From Bacteroidota bacterium (lineage in GTDB: Bacteria; Bacteroidota; Ignavibacteria; Palsa-1295), in the NCBI GenBank assembly GCA_021324685.1, contig JAJPIQ010000044.1, forward strand, positions 17,066 to 81,065: a DNA stretch of 64,000 bases, written 5' to 3'. Position numbers and translations under genes: made by a program. Below the pieces are notes generated by a model. It saw only the letters and a program-made list of their open reading frames with translations, did no database searches and had not been told where the DNA came from. Of this stretch, positions 44,101-55,790 are shown one piece after another (the stretch's first letter is position 1; each line of letters starts with the position of its first letter).

Positions 44101-45915
44101 ATGAAGCTGCTATATAATTATCTTAAACAATATAAGAAACTTGTCGTCCTGACGCTCGTGCTTGCGGCGGTCAATACGCTCTTTTCGCTCATCGATCCGC
44201 TTATTTTTCGGCATGTCCTCGATGATTACGTTACCAAATTAGGTAAGATCACCGGAAATGAATTTCTGAGCGGCGTTAGCGAGCTTGTGTTGCTGATGAT
44301 GGGCGCTGCGATGGTCTCCCGCATAGCAAAAAATTTCCAGGACTACTACACGAATGTCCTCACGCAGCGGCTCGGCGTTCAAATCTATTCGGAAGGGGTC
44401 GAGCACTCTCTCAAGCTGCCGTATCAGGTTTTCGAGGACCAACGATCTGGCGAGACGCTCGGAAAGCTCCAAAAAGTCCGTCAGGATACCGAGAAAGTGA
44501 TACAATCGTCCGTCGGATTTGTCTTCACGACGATCATTGGGGTCCTCTTCGTTATCGTTTATTCGTTTTACGTGCATTGGTCGATCGTGCCCGCTTATTT
44601 TTTCGGGATGGCAGTAATTGCGTGGATGAGTTGGGTACTGGGGCGTAAGATCAAGACCATTCAAAAAACGATTGTCGCCCAAACGACCGCCCTTGCCGGT
44701 TCGACCACCGAATCGCTTCGCAATATCGAGCTCGTAAAAAGTCTGGGGCTCGCGGAGCAGGAGATCCGGCGATTGAATGCGACGACCGATAAAATTCTGG
44801 AATTGGAACTTAAAAAAGTGAAGTTCGTGCGGCGGCTCAGCTTCCTTCAGGGAACCGTTGTGAATGCCCTTCGCAATGGTATCCTGTTCCTGATGATCTA
44901 TCTCATCTTTGTTCATGAGATCACCTTCGGGCAGTTCTTTGCGCTCTATATTTATTCCTTCTTTATTTTCAGTCCGCTGCAGGAAATTGGGAACATTATT
45001 AATATCTTCCGCGAAGCGGAAGCTTCCCTTACGATTTTCGATGAGATCCTGAAGTCGCCGATCGAACGCAAACCGGCGAACCCGTTGCCGCTGGGTGCCG
45101 TGCATTCGATCGCCTTCGAAGACGTTTCTTTTAAGCACCTGACGGCTTCGAACTATGCCCTGTCCAATGTTTCGTTTTATGTCCATCGTGGCGAGACGAT
45201 CGCCTTTGTCGGACCGTCCGGCGCCGGGAAGACGACACTTGTGAAATTGCTGGTCGGGCTGTATCCTCCTCAAACCGGACGGGTTATGTACAATAATGTA
45301 AGCGGCCTCGATATCGATGTGGACGAGCTTAGGGAACGGATCGGATTCGTAACGCAGGATACTCAGCTCTTTAGTGGGACCATTCGTGAAAACCTGCTTT
45401 TCGTCAATCCCAATGCGAGCGACGATGAATGCATGGACGTCCTCGAAAAAGCTTCGTGCCAATCGCTCCTTGCACGGGCTCCGCAAGGGCTCGATACGGT
45501 CATTGGTGAAGGTGGCGTGAAAGTTTCCGGCGGGGAAAAACAGCGACTTTCGATCGCGCGAGCCCTGCTTCGTCGGCCGCACCTGCTCGTTTTCGATGAA
45601 GCAACCTCCTCGCTCGACTCGCTCACGGAAGAAGAAATTACGTCGACGATCCGCGATGTCTCCGAAGATTCGAATCTAATTACCGTGCTTATCGCGCACC
45701 GACTTTCGACCATCATGCATGCGGATCGAATTTACGTGCTCGAACGCGGTCAGATCGTAGAATCGGGCCGCCATCATGACCTGCTTGAAATGAAGGGCCT
45801 CTACTACGCCATGTGGCGCCAGCAGATCGGGGAGCGGACGCACCATCATAAAGTCCCAGCCCTTTCCTCCGTGCTTTCGAATGGGAAGACCGTCGTGGCC
45901 GGGTCTGTTGTCTGA
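44101..45915 (+). CDS. ABC transporter ATP-binding protein/permease (MsbA-like half-transporter exporter)
   Basis: Six TM N-domain, then NBD with Walker A 'GPSGAGKTT', 'VSGGEKQRLSIARAL', Walker B 'LLVFDEATSSLD', H-loop 'IAHRL'. Confidence 0.9.
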   Translation: MKLLYNYLKQYKKLVVLTLVLAAVNTLFSLIDPLIFRHVLDDYVTKLGKITGNEFLSGVSELVLLMMGAAMVSRIAKNFQDYYTNVLTQRLGVQIYSEGVEHSLKLPYQVFEDQRSGETLGKLQKVRQDTEKVIQSSVGFVFTTIIGVLFVIVYSFYVHWSIVPAYFFGMAVIAWMSWVLGRKIKTIQKTIVAQTTALAGSTTESLRNIELVKSLGLAEQEIRRLNATTDKILELELKKVKFVRRLSFLQGTVVNALRNGILFLMIYLIFVHEITFGQFFALYIYSFFIFSPLQEIGNIINIFREAEASLTIFDEILKSPIERKPANPLPLGAVHSIAFEDVSFKHLTASNYALSNVSFYVHRGETIAFVGPSGAGKTTLVKLLVGLYPPQTGRVMYNNVSGLDIDVDELRERIGFVTQDTQLFSGTIRENLLFVNPNASDDECMDVLEKASCQSLLARAPQGLDTVIGEGGVKVSGGEKQRLSIARALLRRPHLLVFDEATSSLDSLTEEEITSTIRDVSEDSNLITVLIAHRLSTIMHADRIYVLERGQIVESGRHHDLLEMKGLYYAMWRQQIGERTHHHKVPALSSVLSNGKTVVAGSVV

Positions 45916-45955
45916 ATGTCAGGATCCGATGGATCGGAAAGGATCCGGGCTCCGG

Positions 45956-46002
45956 AAATAATAATCCTTCCCTCGGGAGTGGCCCCATGGGAAGGATTAT
46001 TA
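45956..46002. terminator. Long GC-poor hairpin between convergent genes (possible bidirectional terminator)
   Basis: 13-bp perfect stem AATAATCCTTCCC / GGGAAGGATTATT with a 16-nt loop. Confidence 0.4.
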
Positions 46003-46020
46003 GCGTTGCGTTCGTTAGCC

Positions 46021-46398
46021 TTATTTCGTTTTTCCTACGGTTGCCGTGCTTGAAATTTCCCATTTTCCGGTTGCCGCATTGAACTGGAAATCGTCCGGGT
46101 GCTGCTGGACCATCGCCCACGGAAAATCGCCGTGCATATAAAGCTGGTCCGGATTCGACCATCGCGGATCGCCCTGGAAATAAGGATGTGCTAGATTATA
46201 CGGGTCGCCCGGTGCCGCTCCGGTTACGCCGCTGACTTCTGCGCCGGCCGAAGAAACGGGAACTCCATTGACCGTTCCCATCGTATCGGTCGAAACGCTC
46301 GTCGTGGTACGATGACGTTTTTTCATGTGCTGTGCATGTGCGGACGGCGCAAGGACGAATAAAGAAAGAATTACTGCAAAAGCAATCGAGATTTTCAT
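46021..46398 (-). CDS. Small secreted hypothetical protein
   Basis: Signal peptide 'MKISIAFAVILSLFVLAPSAHAQ'. 125 aa with Trp/Pro/Asp-rich mature region. Confidence 0.5.
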   Translation of the reverse strand: MKISIAFAVILSLFVLAPSAHAQHMKKRHRTTTSVSTDTMGTVNGVPVSSAGAEVSGVTGAAPGDPYNLAHPYFQGDPRWSNPDQLYMHGDFPWAMVQQHPDDFQFNAATGKWEISSTATVGKTK

Positions 46399-46485
46399 AT
46401 AGTCAAAAAAATTGTTAAACTAAAGAAAACCTTTACAAGGATGATGCCGAAGCAAGCTCGGCCATATCGGGCCGGCTGGTGCACA

Positions 46486-47460
46486 TTATCTTTTCTTTTT
46501 TGCGATGGGCAGATTCTGTCGTTTCTTTAAGACCTTTGAAAACAGATCGCCTTTCTTTTGGATACGCACGGGCATGGTCCGGATGGTGAACTGTTCCAGT
46601 TGGAGCCGTTTCGTAATTTCCTTCCATTCGAGCGGTGCGCTCACCATGGCCTGCGGTTTTTCCCGGACCGAATACGCCGAGGCCAGGCTTTTCCCCTCGA
46701 TATTCTGAAGATAATCGACGTAGACCTGTGTTTTTTTTCGTTCTCTTGTCATCCGTTCCACCGTCGCGTCTTGGGGATGACGCTGGGCGACTTCCGTCGC
46801 GAGCTTCTTCGCGAAGGGAACAATTTCCGAATACGTATAAACCGGCTTCACGGGGACGTAAATGTGTATGCCGGTCGAGCCAGACGTTTTGGGATAACCG
46901 GTGAGTCCGTTTTCTTCGAGAACTTTTTTTACTTCTAAGGCCACTTTTTTTACCTGCTCGAAACTTGCTTCGTCTCCCGGATCGAGATCGAATGCAAAGT
47001 AATCTGGCTTCGAGATGGATTGCACGCGGGAAAACCAGGGATTTTGGGTGATCGTCCCTAAATTGACGAGATAGAGGAGGGCCGGCAGATTATTCGCGAT
47101 GGAATAGTTGACCTGTTTGCCATCGGAATCGATCCTGGAATAAATGTCGACGAAGTTCGGCGCGTCCTCCAGATTGTGCTGATAGAACATTTCGCCTTCG
47201 ATACCATTCGGATAGCGCTTCAGGATGAGTGGGCGGTCCCGGAGGTAGGGAAGGAGGGTCTCCGATACCGTATAATAATATTTAAGGAGGTCGAACTTCG
47301 TGTATCCCTCGTCCGGCCAATAGATTTTATCGAGGTTCGAGAATTTCAGTTCGATCGTCGTTCGGCCGGACTTGAACTGCACTGTTTGATCGCCCCGCTG
47401 TCTGCCTGCCGCAAAAAACGCTTCGGCGTCGAGCTTTTGCCTTACTAATTTGCCCTTCAT
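46486..47460 (-). CDS. Non-homologous end-joining DNA polymerase domain protein (LigD Pol domain / primase-polymerase), standalone
   Basis: 'KTSGSTGIHIYVP' and 'FDLDP' motifs are characteristic of the LigD polymerase domain. ~320 aa with no fused ligase or phosphoesterase domain. Confidence 0.8.
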   Translation of the reverse strand: MKGKLVRQKLDAEAFFAAGRQRGDQTVQFKSGRTTIELKFSNLDKIYWPDEGYTKFDLLKYYYTVSETLLPYLRDRPLILKRYPNGIEGEMFYQHNLEDAPNFVDIYSRIDSDGKQVNYSIANNLPALLYLVNLGTITQNPWFSRVQSISKPDYFAFDLDPGDEASFEQVKKVALEVKKVLEENGLTGYPKTSGSTGIHIYVPVKPVYTYSEIVPFAKKLATEVAQRHPQDATVERMTRERKKTQVYVDYLQNIEGKSLASAYSVREKPQAMVSAPLEWKEITKRLQLEQFTIRTMPVRIQKKGDLFSKVLKKRQNLPIAKKKR

Positions 47461-47544
47461 TGTATTTTGCTCTTTATCTCATTCTTTGGCTTTTGGATCC
47501 TATCTCACACCACATTTTCAACGGAAGGACAGTACTCGGTCGTG

Positions 47545-48291
47545 TTATGCGGTTGAAGGGAACACGCGGGAATGGATTTCACGTCGGCGCTTGCCGCTCC
47601 AGCCACCATGGATGCTGCTGATGATGCCTAAGAGCGCATAGGATATCCCAGACAGGAAGATCAATTCGATGGGAACGAACATGGCGAGCAGGAATGCAAC
47701 GACCCCAACGGAACTAAATAACAGCATTTCCCGGCGCACATGGAGGGTGTCCCAGATTTCGAGTTCGGTGAGTTGCAACTTCGCACGAGAGCGGTAAGCA
47801 TAATCGTACATCAACGCGAATACGATCATAACGGCGATATAACCGACGGCATAAATCTCGTACATCTCGCGTAGTTGTTCGAGGCTCCTGAAAATAGAGC
47901 GGGCTTCCTCCATCGAAACAATGCTGAGCCACCAGGAAAGAAAAACGAACTTGAGCGGATACGTATAAAAGAGGACAAGGAACAACAGGGCCATTGTGAG
48001 TACCGTCGATCGGAGGTCCTGCAAGTTATAGCGTCGGTAGAACTGATAATGGAGATACCAGACCGACATGAGTTGCATAAAGCACGCGGCAAAAGGAACG
48101 AAATCGCGAAGTTTGATCAGGAACTCGTCGAAATTGTGTGGAACTTCGCTTGAAACGATGAGGAGTGCGACCGAAAAGCCGAAGACCGCATCGCTGAGGC
48201 TTTCGACACGAGATATGTCGCTTCCTCGCCATCGGAATCCCGACTGTGCGCCCAATTTCTTTTTCGCGGCTGAACGACTAAACATACTCAA
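47545..48291 (-). CDS. TMEM175-family (DUF1211) potassium channel homolog
   Basis: TM1 signature 'RVESLSDAVFGFSVALLIV' matches the TMEM175 'RxxxFSDGVFAIAITLL' motif. ~250 aa with six hydrophobic helices. Confidence 0.7.
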   Translation of the reverse strand: MSMFSRSAAKKKLGAQSGFRWRGSDISRVESLSDAVFGFSVALLIVSSEVPHNFDEFLIKLRDFVPFAACFMQLMSVWYLHYQFYRRYNLQDLRSTVLTMALLFLVLFYTYPLKFVFLSWWLSIVSMEEARSIFRSLEQLREMYEIYAVGYIAVMIVFALMYDYAYRSRAKLQLTELEIWDTLHVRREMLLFSSVGVVAFLLAMFVPIELIFLSGISYALLGIISSIHGGWSGKRRREIHSRVFPSTA

Positions 48292-48389
48292 AAATACGAA
48301 TTAGCTAGATCGAGGTAGCGTTGTGCTGCATGAACATGCAGATTTTCAGTAACTTTCCTTCAAAACGTCTTCTGCATTCTGTTCGATCG

Positions 48390-49067
48390 TTATTTCCTGT
48401 ATTGATGAAAAATACACCAATCGAACGGAGCCCATAGAGCCGCTTTGAGACCTGCTACCTTCAAACCGGTATTGACCCAGGAATTGCACGTCTTAAAAAT
48501 TGAATAGTAGCCCTTCGCTTCATAGAAAGCATCCGTGCCGCCATACGTTGCATTTGTCGGTATCAATTTTGGCAGCTTTGCAGAATCCAACTCGAACGAC
48601 GAATCGATATATTGAATAAGGCGTTGGTATTGATCGTTACGAATATCGATTCGTATACAATCTTTATCTTCGAGTATCGTCCTATAAAAAGTTACATGCA
48701 TTGCCGATCGGTCGAGCCCGAGACCCGCCTTCAATGCAGTCGAAAATTTGAGATCGCTCCACGTTGGCGTTTCTAAATAAAACGGTCGGTCGCCCCAACC
48801 GAAGGCTATATATCGTGCCGTGGTGTCGTTGTTTTTCGTATTCCGAAATGGGACGACGATATTCCAATCCCGGTACGGATTTTTTACTGGCACGATAAGA
48901 TCGGTGTGCACGCCATTCGTCATAATATACATCGTTATTTCCGGTTTCCCACCTTCTTCGCCTCCAACTCCAAATCTCGAAAGTACCCAAGCAGTAGTGA
49001 AATAGATCGCGATTCCTGCGATCAGCACCAGTATGACGGCGATTACGACTCTGATTATTCGCCTCAT
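48390..49067 (-). CDS. Hypothetical membrane-anchored protein (N-terminal TM, periplasmic domain; possibly DUF2459/TIGR02117-like)
   Basis: N-terminal TM 'VVIAVILVLIAGIAIYF', globular remainder. Family name is from memory only. Confidence 0.45.
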   Translation of the reverse strand: MRRIIRVVIAVILVLIAGIAIYFTTAWVLSRFGVGGEEGGKPEITMYIMTNGVHTDLIVPVKNPYRDWNIVVPFRNTKNNDTTARYIAFGWGDRPFYLETPTWSDLKFSTALKAGLGLDRSAMHVTFYRTILEDKDCIRIDIRNDQYQRLIQYIDSSFELDSAKLPKLIPTNATYGGTDAFYEAKGYYSIFKTCNSWVNTGLKVAGLKAALWAPFDWCIFHQYRK

Positions 49068-49101
49068 AGCTTTGTCGACTTACGTGAAAAGGAACCGACG
49101 G

Positions 49102-51153
<2,052 letters not shown>

Positions 51154-51214
51154 GCTTCAAAATTACGAAAAGTGTCGCGATGCCAGCAATAATTTATTCC
51201 CGGACTGGTATTTA

Positions 51215-51685
51215 TTAGAGGACGAGACGCATTTCATTGGTCGGCGAAAAGCCGAGCGATTCATAGAGCGGCCGCCCGAAACGGCTGGCATGCAGCGAAA
51301 CGGCCGTAATCCCTTGGTCGCGTGTCCACTCGAGTACCGTTCCGACAAGTTTCCGGGAGAGCCCGCGTTTTCGATGTTCCGGAGCCGTATAAACATTGAG
51401 AAGATACGCACGTCGGCTGCCCTGATGCCCTGAAGGAAGGATGTGCGGGGGCCAATCGAGCAGCCACAAGCCGGCCCCGGCCGCGACCGAACCGTCATCG
51501 GCGATCACGAGCCATTCGAGATATTCTTTGGAACGAAGTTTTCGTTCGAGCCATGGCCGAAATGCATTCGCCATCGTTTCGAGAGGCTCCTCGGCGCATT
51601 CCCGTATCTCGCGCATCATCGCGCGGCGCTGCTCGACGATCGTTTCCAGATCGTTTATCGTGGCGAAGCGGATCGTATAGTCCAA
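51215..51685 (-). CDS. GNAT family N-acetyltransferase
   Basis: 156 aa. Acetyl-CoA-binding motif A region 'VYTAPEHRKRGLSRKLV'. Confidence 0.8.
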   Translation of the reverse strand: MDYTIRFATINDLETIVEQRRAMMREIRECAEEPLETMANAFRPWLERKLRSKEYLEWLVIADDGSVAAGAGLWLLDWPPHILPSGHQGSRRAYLLNVYTAPEHRKRGLSRKLVGTVLEWTRDQGITAVSLHASRFGRPLYESLGFSPTNEMRLVL

Positions 51686-51700
51686 TTCGCGTGATCCGGT

Positions 51701-52120
51701 TCAGGCCAGTTTCGCGTTTAGTTCGATCTTTACGCCGGCGAGCGCGCGGGAAACAGGGCAGGCCGTTTTTGTCCCGTTGGCGATCTCCTGGAATTTTGCA
51801 TCGTCGATTCCAGGAACTTTTGCATTCACGTCGAGCTGGATCGTTTCCACGGTCCATTTCCCGGAGCCATTATCGAATGTTGCTTTGGCAGAGGATGTGA
51901 CCTGCTGCGGCTGAAAGCCGGCTTTCTCGAGATCGGCCGAGAGCGCCATCGAGAAGCACCCGGCGAGTGCACCGGCGAGCAGTTCCTCCGGGCTCGAGCC
52001 GGCACCACCCTCCATGCGAGAGTTAAAGGAAAAAGGGAAGTTTTTTTCGGAAAGGCGCATTTCGCCTTTGCCGCTTTTCAAGACGCCGTTCCACTCGGCC
52101 GTCGCACTGGAGCTTCGCAT
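51701..52120 (-). CDS. OsmC/Ohr family peroxiredoxin-like protein
   Basis: Two conserved Cys in 'LLAGALAGCFSMAL' and 'KTACPVSRAL', ~140 aa. Confidence 0.85.
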   Translation of the reverse strand: MRSSSATAEWNGVLKSGKGEMRLSEKNFPFSFNSRMEGGAGSSPEELLAGALAGCFSMALSADLEKAGFQPQQVTSSAKATFDNGSGKWTVETIQLDVNAKVPGIDDAKFQEIANGTKTACPVSRALAGVKIELNAKLA

Positions 52121-52214
52121 TGGGATATTGAAATTAAAGAGAAAAAGTTAAATCGCGTAAAAAATTTGAAGTTAAGTCTGCAAAAATACGAAAGGAACCG
52201 CAGGGGTCGTCGAA

Positions 52215-52898
52215 TTACATTCCGGGGGCCGGAGAAGAAATATGGTGCCGCATTAGCTTGGCCTCCGCCACAAAGATCACATTCTCGGCAATGTTCGTCG
52301 CATGGTCGGCAAGCCGCTCGATATGCCGCAGCAGCGCCATGAGATGAGCGGCAGGTTCGATCATGACGGGATCGGACTTCATTTCATCGATGAGATTGTA
52401 GAAGATCTGCCTGTTCAGTTCATCCACTCGATCTTCTTTTTCGAAAACAGAGCGGGCTTCTTCGCTATCGGAATGAATAAAGGCATTGAGCACGCTCGTG
52501 AGCATTTCGCGTGCCGTGGCGATCATTTCGAAGGCACCGGAGCGCTCGATGAGGGAAGGGTAGTCCTGCAACGCTTCGACCCGTTCGGCTACATTGACAG
52601 CGATGTCCCCGATGCGTTCGAAATCGCTGTTCATTCGCATTGCTGCAAGCAATAGGCGAAGATCGACCGCGACCGGCTGCGTGAGGGCAAAAATCCGCTG
52701 GCACTGGCCGTCAATGGCCAGATCGAGTTCGTTCACCCGTTCTTCTCGATCGAGGACGAACTTTGCAAGCTCCAGGTTTCCTTCCTTCAGGGCGCGGATG
52801 GCTGTCTCGACCTGCTCGTCGATCAGCGATCCCATACGAATAAGCTGGGAGCGAAGCGTTTCCAGCTCGTCTTCAAAATGGCGGTGCACTCGGGCCAA
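52215..52898 (-). CDS. phoU: Phosphate signalling complex protein PhoU
   Basis: Duplicated three-helix PhoU domains. 'HFEDELETLRSQLIRMG', 'IERIGDIAVNVAE', 'IERLADHATNIAE'. Confidence 0.9.
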   Translation of the reverse strand: MARVHRHFEDELETLRSQLIRMGSLIDEQVETAIRALKEGNLELAKFVLDREERVNELDLAIDGQCQRIFALTQPVAVDLRLLLAAMRMNSDFERIGDIAVNVAERVEALQDYPSLIERSGAFEMIATAREMLTSVLNAFIHSDSEEARSVFEKEDRVDELNRQIFYNLIDEMKSDPVMIEPAAHLMALLRHIERLADHATNIAENVIFVAEAKLMRHHISSPAPGM

Positions 52899-52956
52899 GG
52901 AGAATTAAGTTAAGGGTGAAAAAAAGAAAATGGCAAGAAGATTTCCAGCGGCATGC

Positions 52957-53808
52957 TCAACCGAACCTTCCAGTAATATAATCTTCAGTCTGCTTTTTCT
53001 TCGGATTCGTGAAGATGTCGCGCGTGTCGCCGACCTCGATGAGTTCGCCCATATAAAAGAAGGCGGTCACATCGCTGACACGAGCCGCCTGCTGCATATT
53101 ATGCGTCACGATGACGATCGTATAGCGGTTCTTGATCTGGAAAATCAGTTCTTCGATCTTGGCGGTGGAGATGGGGTCGAGGGCGCTGGCAGGCTCGTCC
53201 ATGAGCAGGACTTCGGGATCGACCGCAAGGGCGCGAGCAATGCAAAGGCGCTGCTGCTGGCCGCCGGAAAGACCCAGCGCGCTATGGTGCAGTCGATCTT
53301 TCACTTCATCCCATAGTGCGGCTTGCACTAAACTTTTTTCGACGATCTCGTTTAAACGAGCCTTTTGTCTGGTTCCCAATATCTTCGGTCCGTATGCGAC
53401 GTTCTCCCAGATCGATTTTGGGAACGGATTCGATTTTTGGAAGACCATCCCTACGCGCTTGCGCAGATCGACGACGTCCAACCCTTTTTGATAAATATCG
53501 ATGCCGTCCATTTGAACCGATCCCGTGATCCGAACGCCGGCGATGAGGTCGTTCATGCGGTTGATCGTTCGGAGATAGGTCGATTTTCCACATCCCGATG
53601 GACCGATGAAAGCTGTCACTTCGTGCTCCGGAATATCGATAGAGATCGAACACAAAGCTTGCTTCTGACCGTAAAACAGATCGAGATTGCGCGTCGTGAT
53701 CTTGTGGGACCGCTCGGCGGACCGTTCTCGGACCGACGCCGAGCGCACGTCCGGTGTTCTTTGGGCTACGCCTCTTCGTTCCTCGTAGCGCTGTTCAGCG
53801 ACTTCCAT
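52957..53808 (-). CDS. pstB: Phosphate ABC transporter ATP-binding protein PstB (N-terminal extension of ~25 aa relative to typical PstB; start may be internal)
   Basis: '[11 protein letters not shown]', Walker A 'GPSGCGKST', '[15 protein letters not shown]', '[15 protein letters not shown]', '[15 protein letters not shown]'. Confidence 0.9.
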   Translation of the reverse strand: MEVAEQRYEERRGVAQRTPDVRSASVRERSAERSHKITTRNLDLFYGQKQALCSISIDIPEHEVTAFIGPSGCGKSTYLRTINRMNDLIAGVRITGSVQMDGIDIYQKGLDVVDLRKRVGMVFQKSNPFPKSIWENVAYGPKILGTRQKARLNEIVEKSLVQAALWDEVKDRLHHSALGLSGGQQQRLCIARALAVDPEVLLMDEPASALDPISTAKIEELIFQIKNRYTIVIVTHNMQQAARVSDVTAFFYMGELIEVGDTRDIFTNPKKKQTEDYITGRFG

Positions 53809-53895
53809 GTTTGTTTGCTAATACCTCTTGCTTTCGTAACCAATATTCCTTGAAAATCGGCTCCGCATGCGGATAAAGCTTCAGTTATGTCTATA

Positions 53896-53912
53896 TTACC
53901 AAATTGTTACCA
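53896..53912. promoter_or_regulatory. Candidate Pho-box-like direct repeat (TTACCA-n5-TTACCA, 11-bp periodicity) in the divergent pstB / response-regulator promoter region
   Basis: Two TTACCA hexamers with 11-bp centre-to-centre spacing, plus an upstream 'tattacc' half. OmpR/PhoB-family regulators bind direct repeats at ~11-bp spacing. Confidence 0.35.
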
Positions 53913-54002
53913 TAATTTTGCCACTGTGACTGGAGCGTTAAGAAATCGTAAAACCCTAAAAGTAAAGCACTTAGCGATACTTTGGCCTGTTAATGCGGTT
54001 CG

Positions 54003-54701
54003 ATGAACCGAACGATTCTCATCGCCGATGACGAACAGGACATTCGCGATCTCCTGGCTTACAATCTTTCCCGTGAGGGCTTTGCCATTGAAACGGCTAC
54101 GAACGGTAAAGAAGCTCTGCAGAAACTCGAACAAACGCCTGCTGCGCTCGTACTTTTGGACATAATGATGCCGGAAATGGACGGGTTCGAGACCTGCCGG
54201 GCCATTCGCTCGAATCCAAAAACGGCCAATATTCCCGTCCTTTTTCTTACGGCACGGGCGGCAGAAGTCGATCAGATCGTTTCGCTCGAATTAGGGGCCG
54301 ACGATTATGTCCAAAAGCCGGTTTCGCCTCGAGTGCTTGTGGCGCGAGTGAAATCACTCTTACGGCGTTTTGACCGTTCGGAGCAAACGCCACAACCTCC
54401 GAAAGAAGAAAAGATCGTTTCTCCCGGCTTACGGATCGACCGTGCGTCGTATAAGGTGTACGTCGATGAGAAGGAGACTTTTTTCCCCAGAAAAGAGTTC
54501 GAACTACTCTACTTCCTTGCTGCGCATCCGGGCCGAATTTATAAAAGAGAGGCGCTTTTGGACGAAGTATGGGGGCATGACACGTTTGTCGTCGAGCGGA
54601 CGGTCGATGTTCATATTTTCAAGGTCCGCGAAAAGCTGGGCGAGTACGGCAAGCGGATAGAAACCGTCAAGGGTGTGGGTTATCGTTACGTTGTAGAATA
54701 A
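54003..54701 (+). CDS. OmpR/PhoB-family response regulator transcription factor
   Basis: REC ('ILIADDEQDIRDL...LLDIMMPEMDGFE') plus winged-helix 'VDVHIFKVREKL....IETVKGVGYRY'. Divergent from pstB-phoU, so a PhoB role is plausible. Confidence 0.85.
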   Translation: MNRTILIADDEQDIRDLLAYNLSREGFAIETATNGKEALQKLEQTPAALVLLDIMMPEMDGFETCRAIRSNPKTANIPVLFLTARAAEVDQIVSLELGADDYVQKPVSPRVLVARVKSLLRRFDRSEQTPQPPKEEKIVSPGLRIDRASYKVYVDEKETFFPRKEFELLYFLAAHPGRIYKREALLDEVWGHDTFVVERTVDVHIFKVREKLGEYGKRIETVKGVGYRYVVE

Positions 54702-54707
54702 AACTCT

Positions 54708-55766
54708 GTGCCATCGCTCCGGGTCCGCGCTGCGGCGTTTCCCATCGTTCTTGTCCTTATTGTCCTCATCATAGCCGATTTATCATTGTGCGCCGGCGAT
54801 CCTTCGCTGGCGGCGGTCGTTATTCCGGTTTCGATTGCTATTCTCGTGATGCTATCGTTTACGAGCCTGTGGTATGCCGGCCGTCTCGTGCGCCCGATCA
54901 GCGAACTCATGCCAACGGTCGATGCGCAGGGGCGCCTCGAATTCCGAAGTACGCGCACGGAGTTAACGCCACCGGACGAGCTTCGCGCACTCGCGATTAC
55001 GATCGCGCAGATCGGCGAAAAACAACACCGCGACGAACTCGCGCGCCAGAAGCTCGAACGTGTCCGTAGCGAATTTCTTGGGAATGTTTCCCACGAGCTC
55101 CGTACGCCCATCTTTGCTGTGCAGGGCTTTATTGAAACGCTGCTCGATGGTGCCATCGACGATCCGGCGGTCAATCGCGATTTTCTCGAACGGGCGAAAG
55201 GGCAGGCCGAGCGGCTGAATAATTTGCTCAACGACCTGATCGATATATCGAGGATCGAATCCGGCGAAATGCGCATGAGCTTTCGCATGTTCGACATTCA
55301 GCCGTTCCTTCGGGATTTTATCGCTGAAATGCAGCCCATGGCGCGCGCGCGGAATATCGAGCTCTATTTTACGGGCAACGTGCTTCCGCACCATGAGGTC
55401 AGCGTGTATGCCGACAAAGAGCGGATCAAACAAGTGTTGATAAACTTAGTCGATAATGCCATCAAGTACTCGGAACCGGGAACGGCCGTGAAAGTGGAGC
55501 TTCTGAACGGTGAACCGAGGGCACAGGAAGTGACCGTTCGTGTGATTGACAATGGCATTGGCATCGCGACCGAACATCTACCGCGACTCTTTGAACGGTT
55601 TTACCGTGTCGATAAAGGACGCGCTCGATCTACTCCGGGAGGGACGGGATTAGGCCTCGCGATCGTCAAACATATTACTGAAGCTCACCGTGGCAAGATC
55701 AGCGTGACGAGCGAGATCGGCAAAGGCAGCACGTTTCAGTTTACCTTGCAAAAGGAGCCGTTTTAA
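54708..55766 (+). CDS. Sensor histidine kinase (PhoR-like), two N-terminal TM helices
   Basis: HisKA 'VSHELRTPIFAVQGFIETL'. HATPase_c N-box 'LINLVDNAIKYS', 'DNGIGI', 'GTGLGLAIVK'. Confidence 0.8.
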   Translation: MPSLRVRAAAFPIVLVLIVLIIADLSLCAGDPSLAAVVIPVSIAILVMLSFTSLWYAGRLVRPISELMPTVDAQGRLEFRSTRTELTPPDELRALAITIAQIGEKQHRDELARQKLERVRSEFLGNVSHELRTPIFAVQGFIETLLDGAIDDPAVNRDFLERAKGQAERLNNLLNDLIDISRIESGEMRMSFRMFDIQPFLRDFIAEMQPMARARNIELYFTGNVLPHHEVSVYADKERIKQVLINLVDNAIKYSEPGTAVKVELLNGEPRAQEVTVRVIDNGIGIATEHLPRLFERFYRVDKGRARSTPGGTGLGLAIVKHITEAHRGKISVTSEIGKGSTFQFTLQKEPF

Positions 55767-55790
55767 TCGCAACCATGTTGCCAGTGCTCT

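Noticed and set aside
44239-45582. 447-aa ORF on the minus strand inside the ABC exporter gene
   Set aside because: The plus-strand frame contains unmistakable ABC NBD motifs (Walker A/B, LSGGQ-like). The antisense ORF is Arg/Asp/Glu-rich low-complexity, typical of a shadow ORF in a GC-rich gene.
51154-51700. Overlapping plus-strand ORFs (51152..51433, 51441..51694) opposite the GNAT gene
   Set aside because: The GNAT acetyl-CoA-binding motifs are on the minus strand. The plus-strand ORFs are Arg/Ser-rich shadows.
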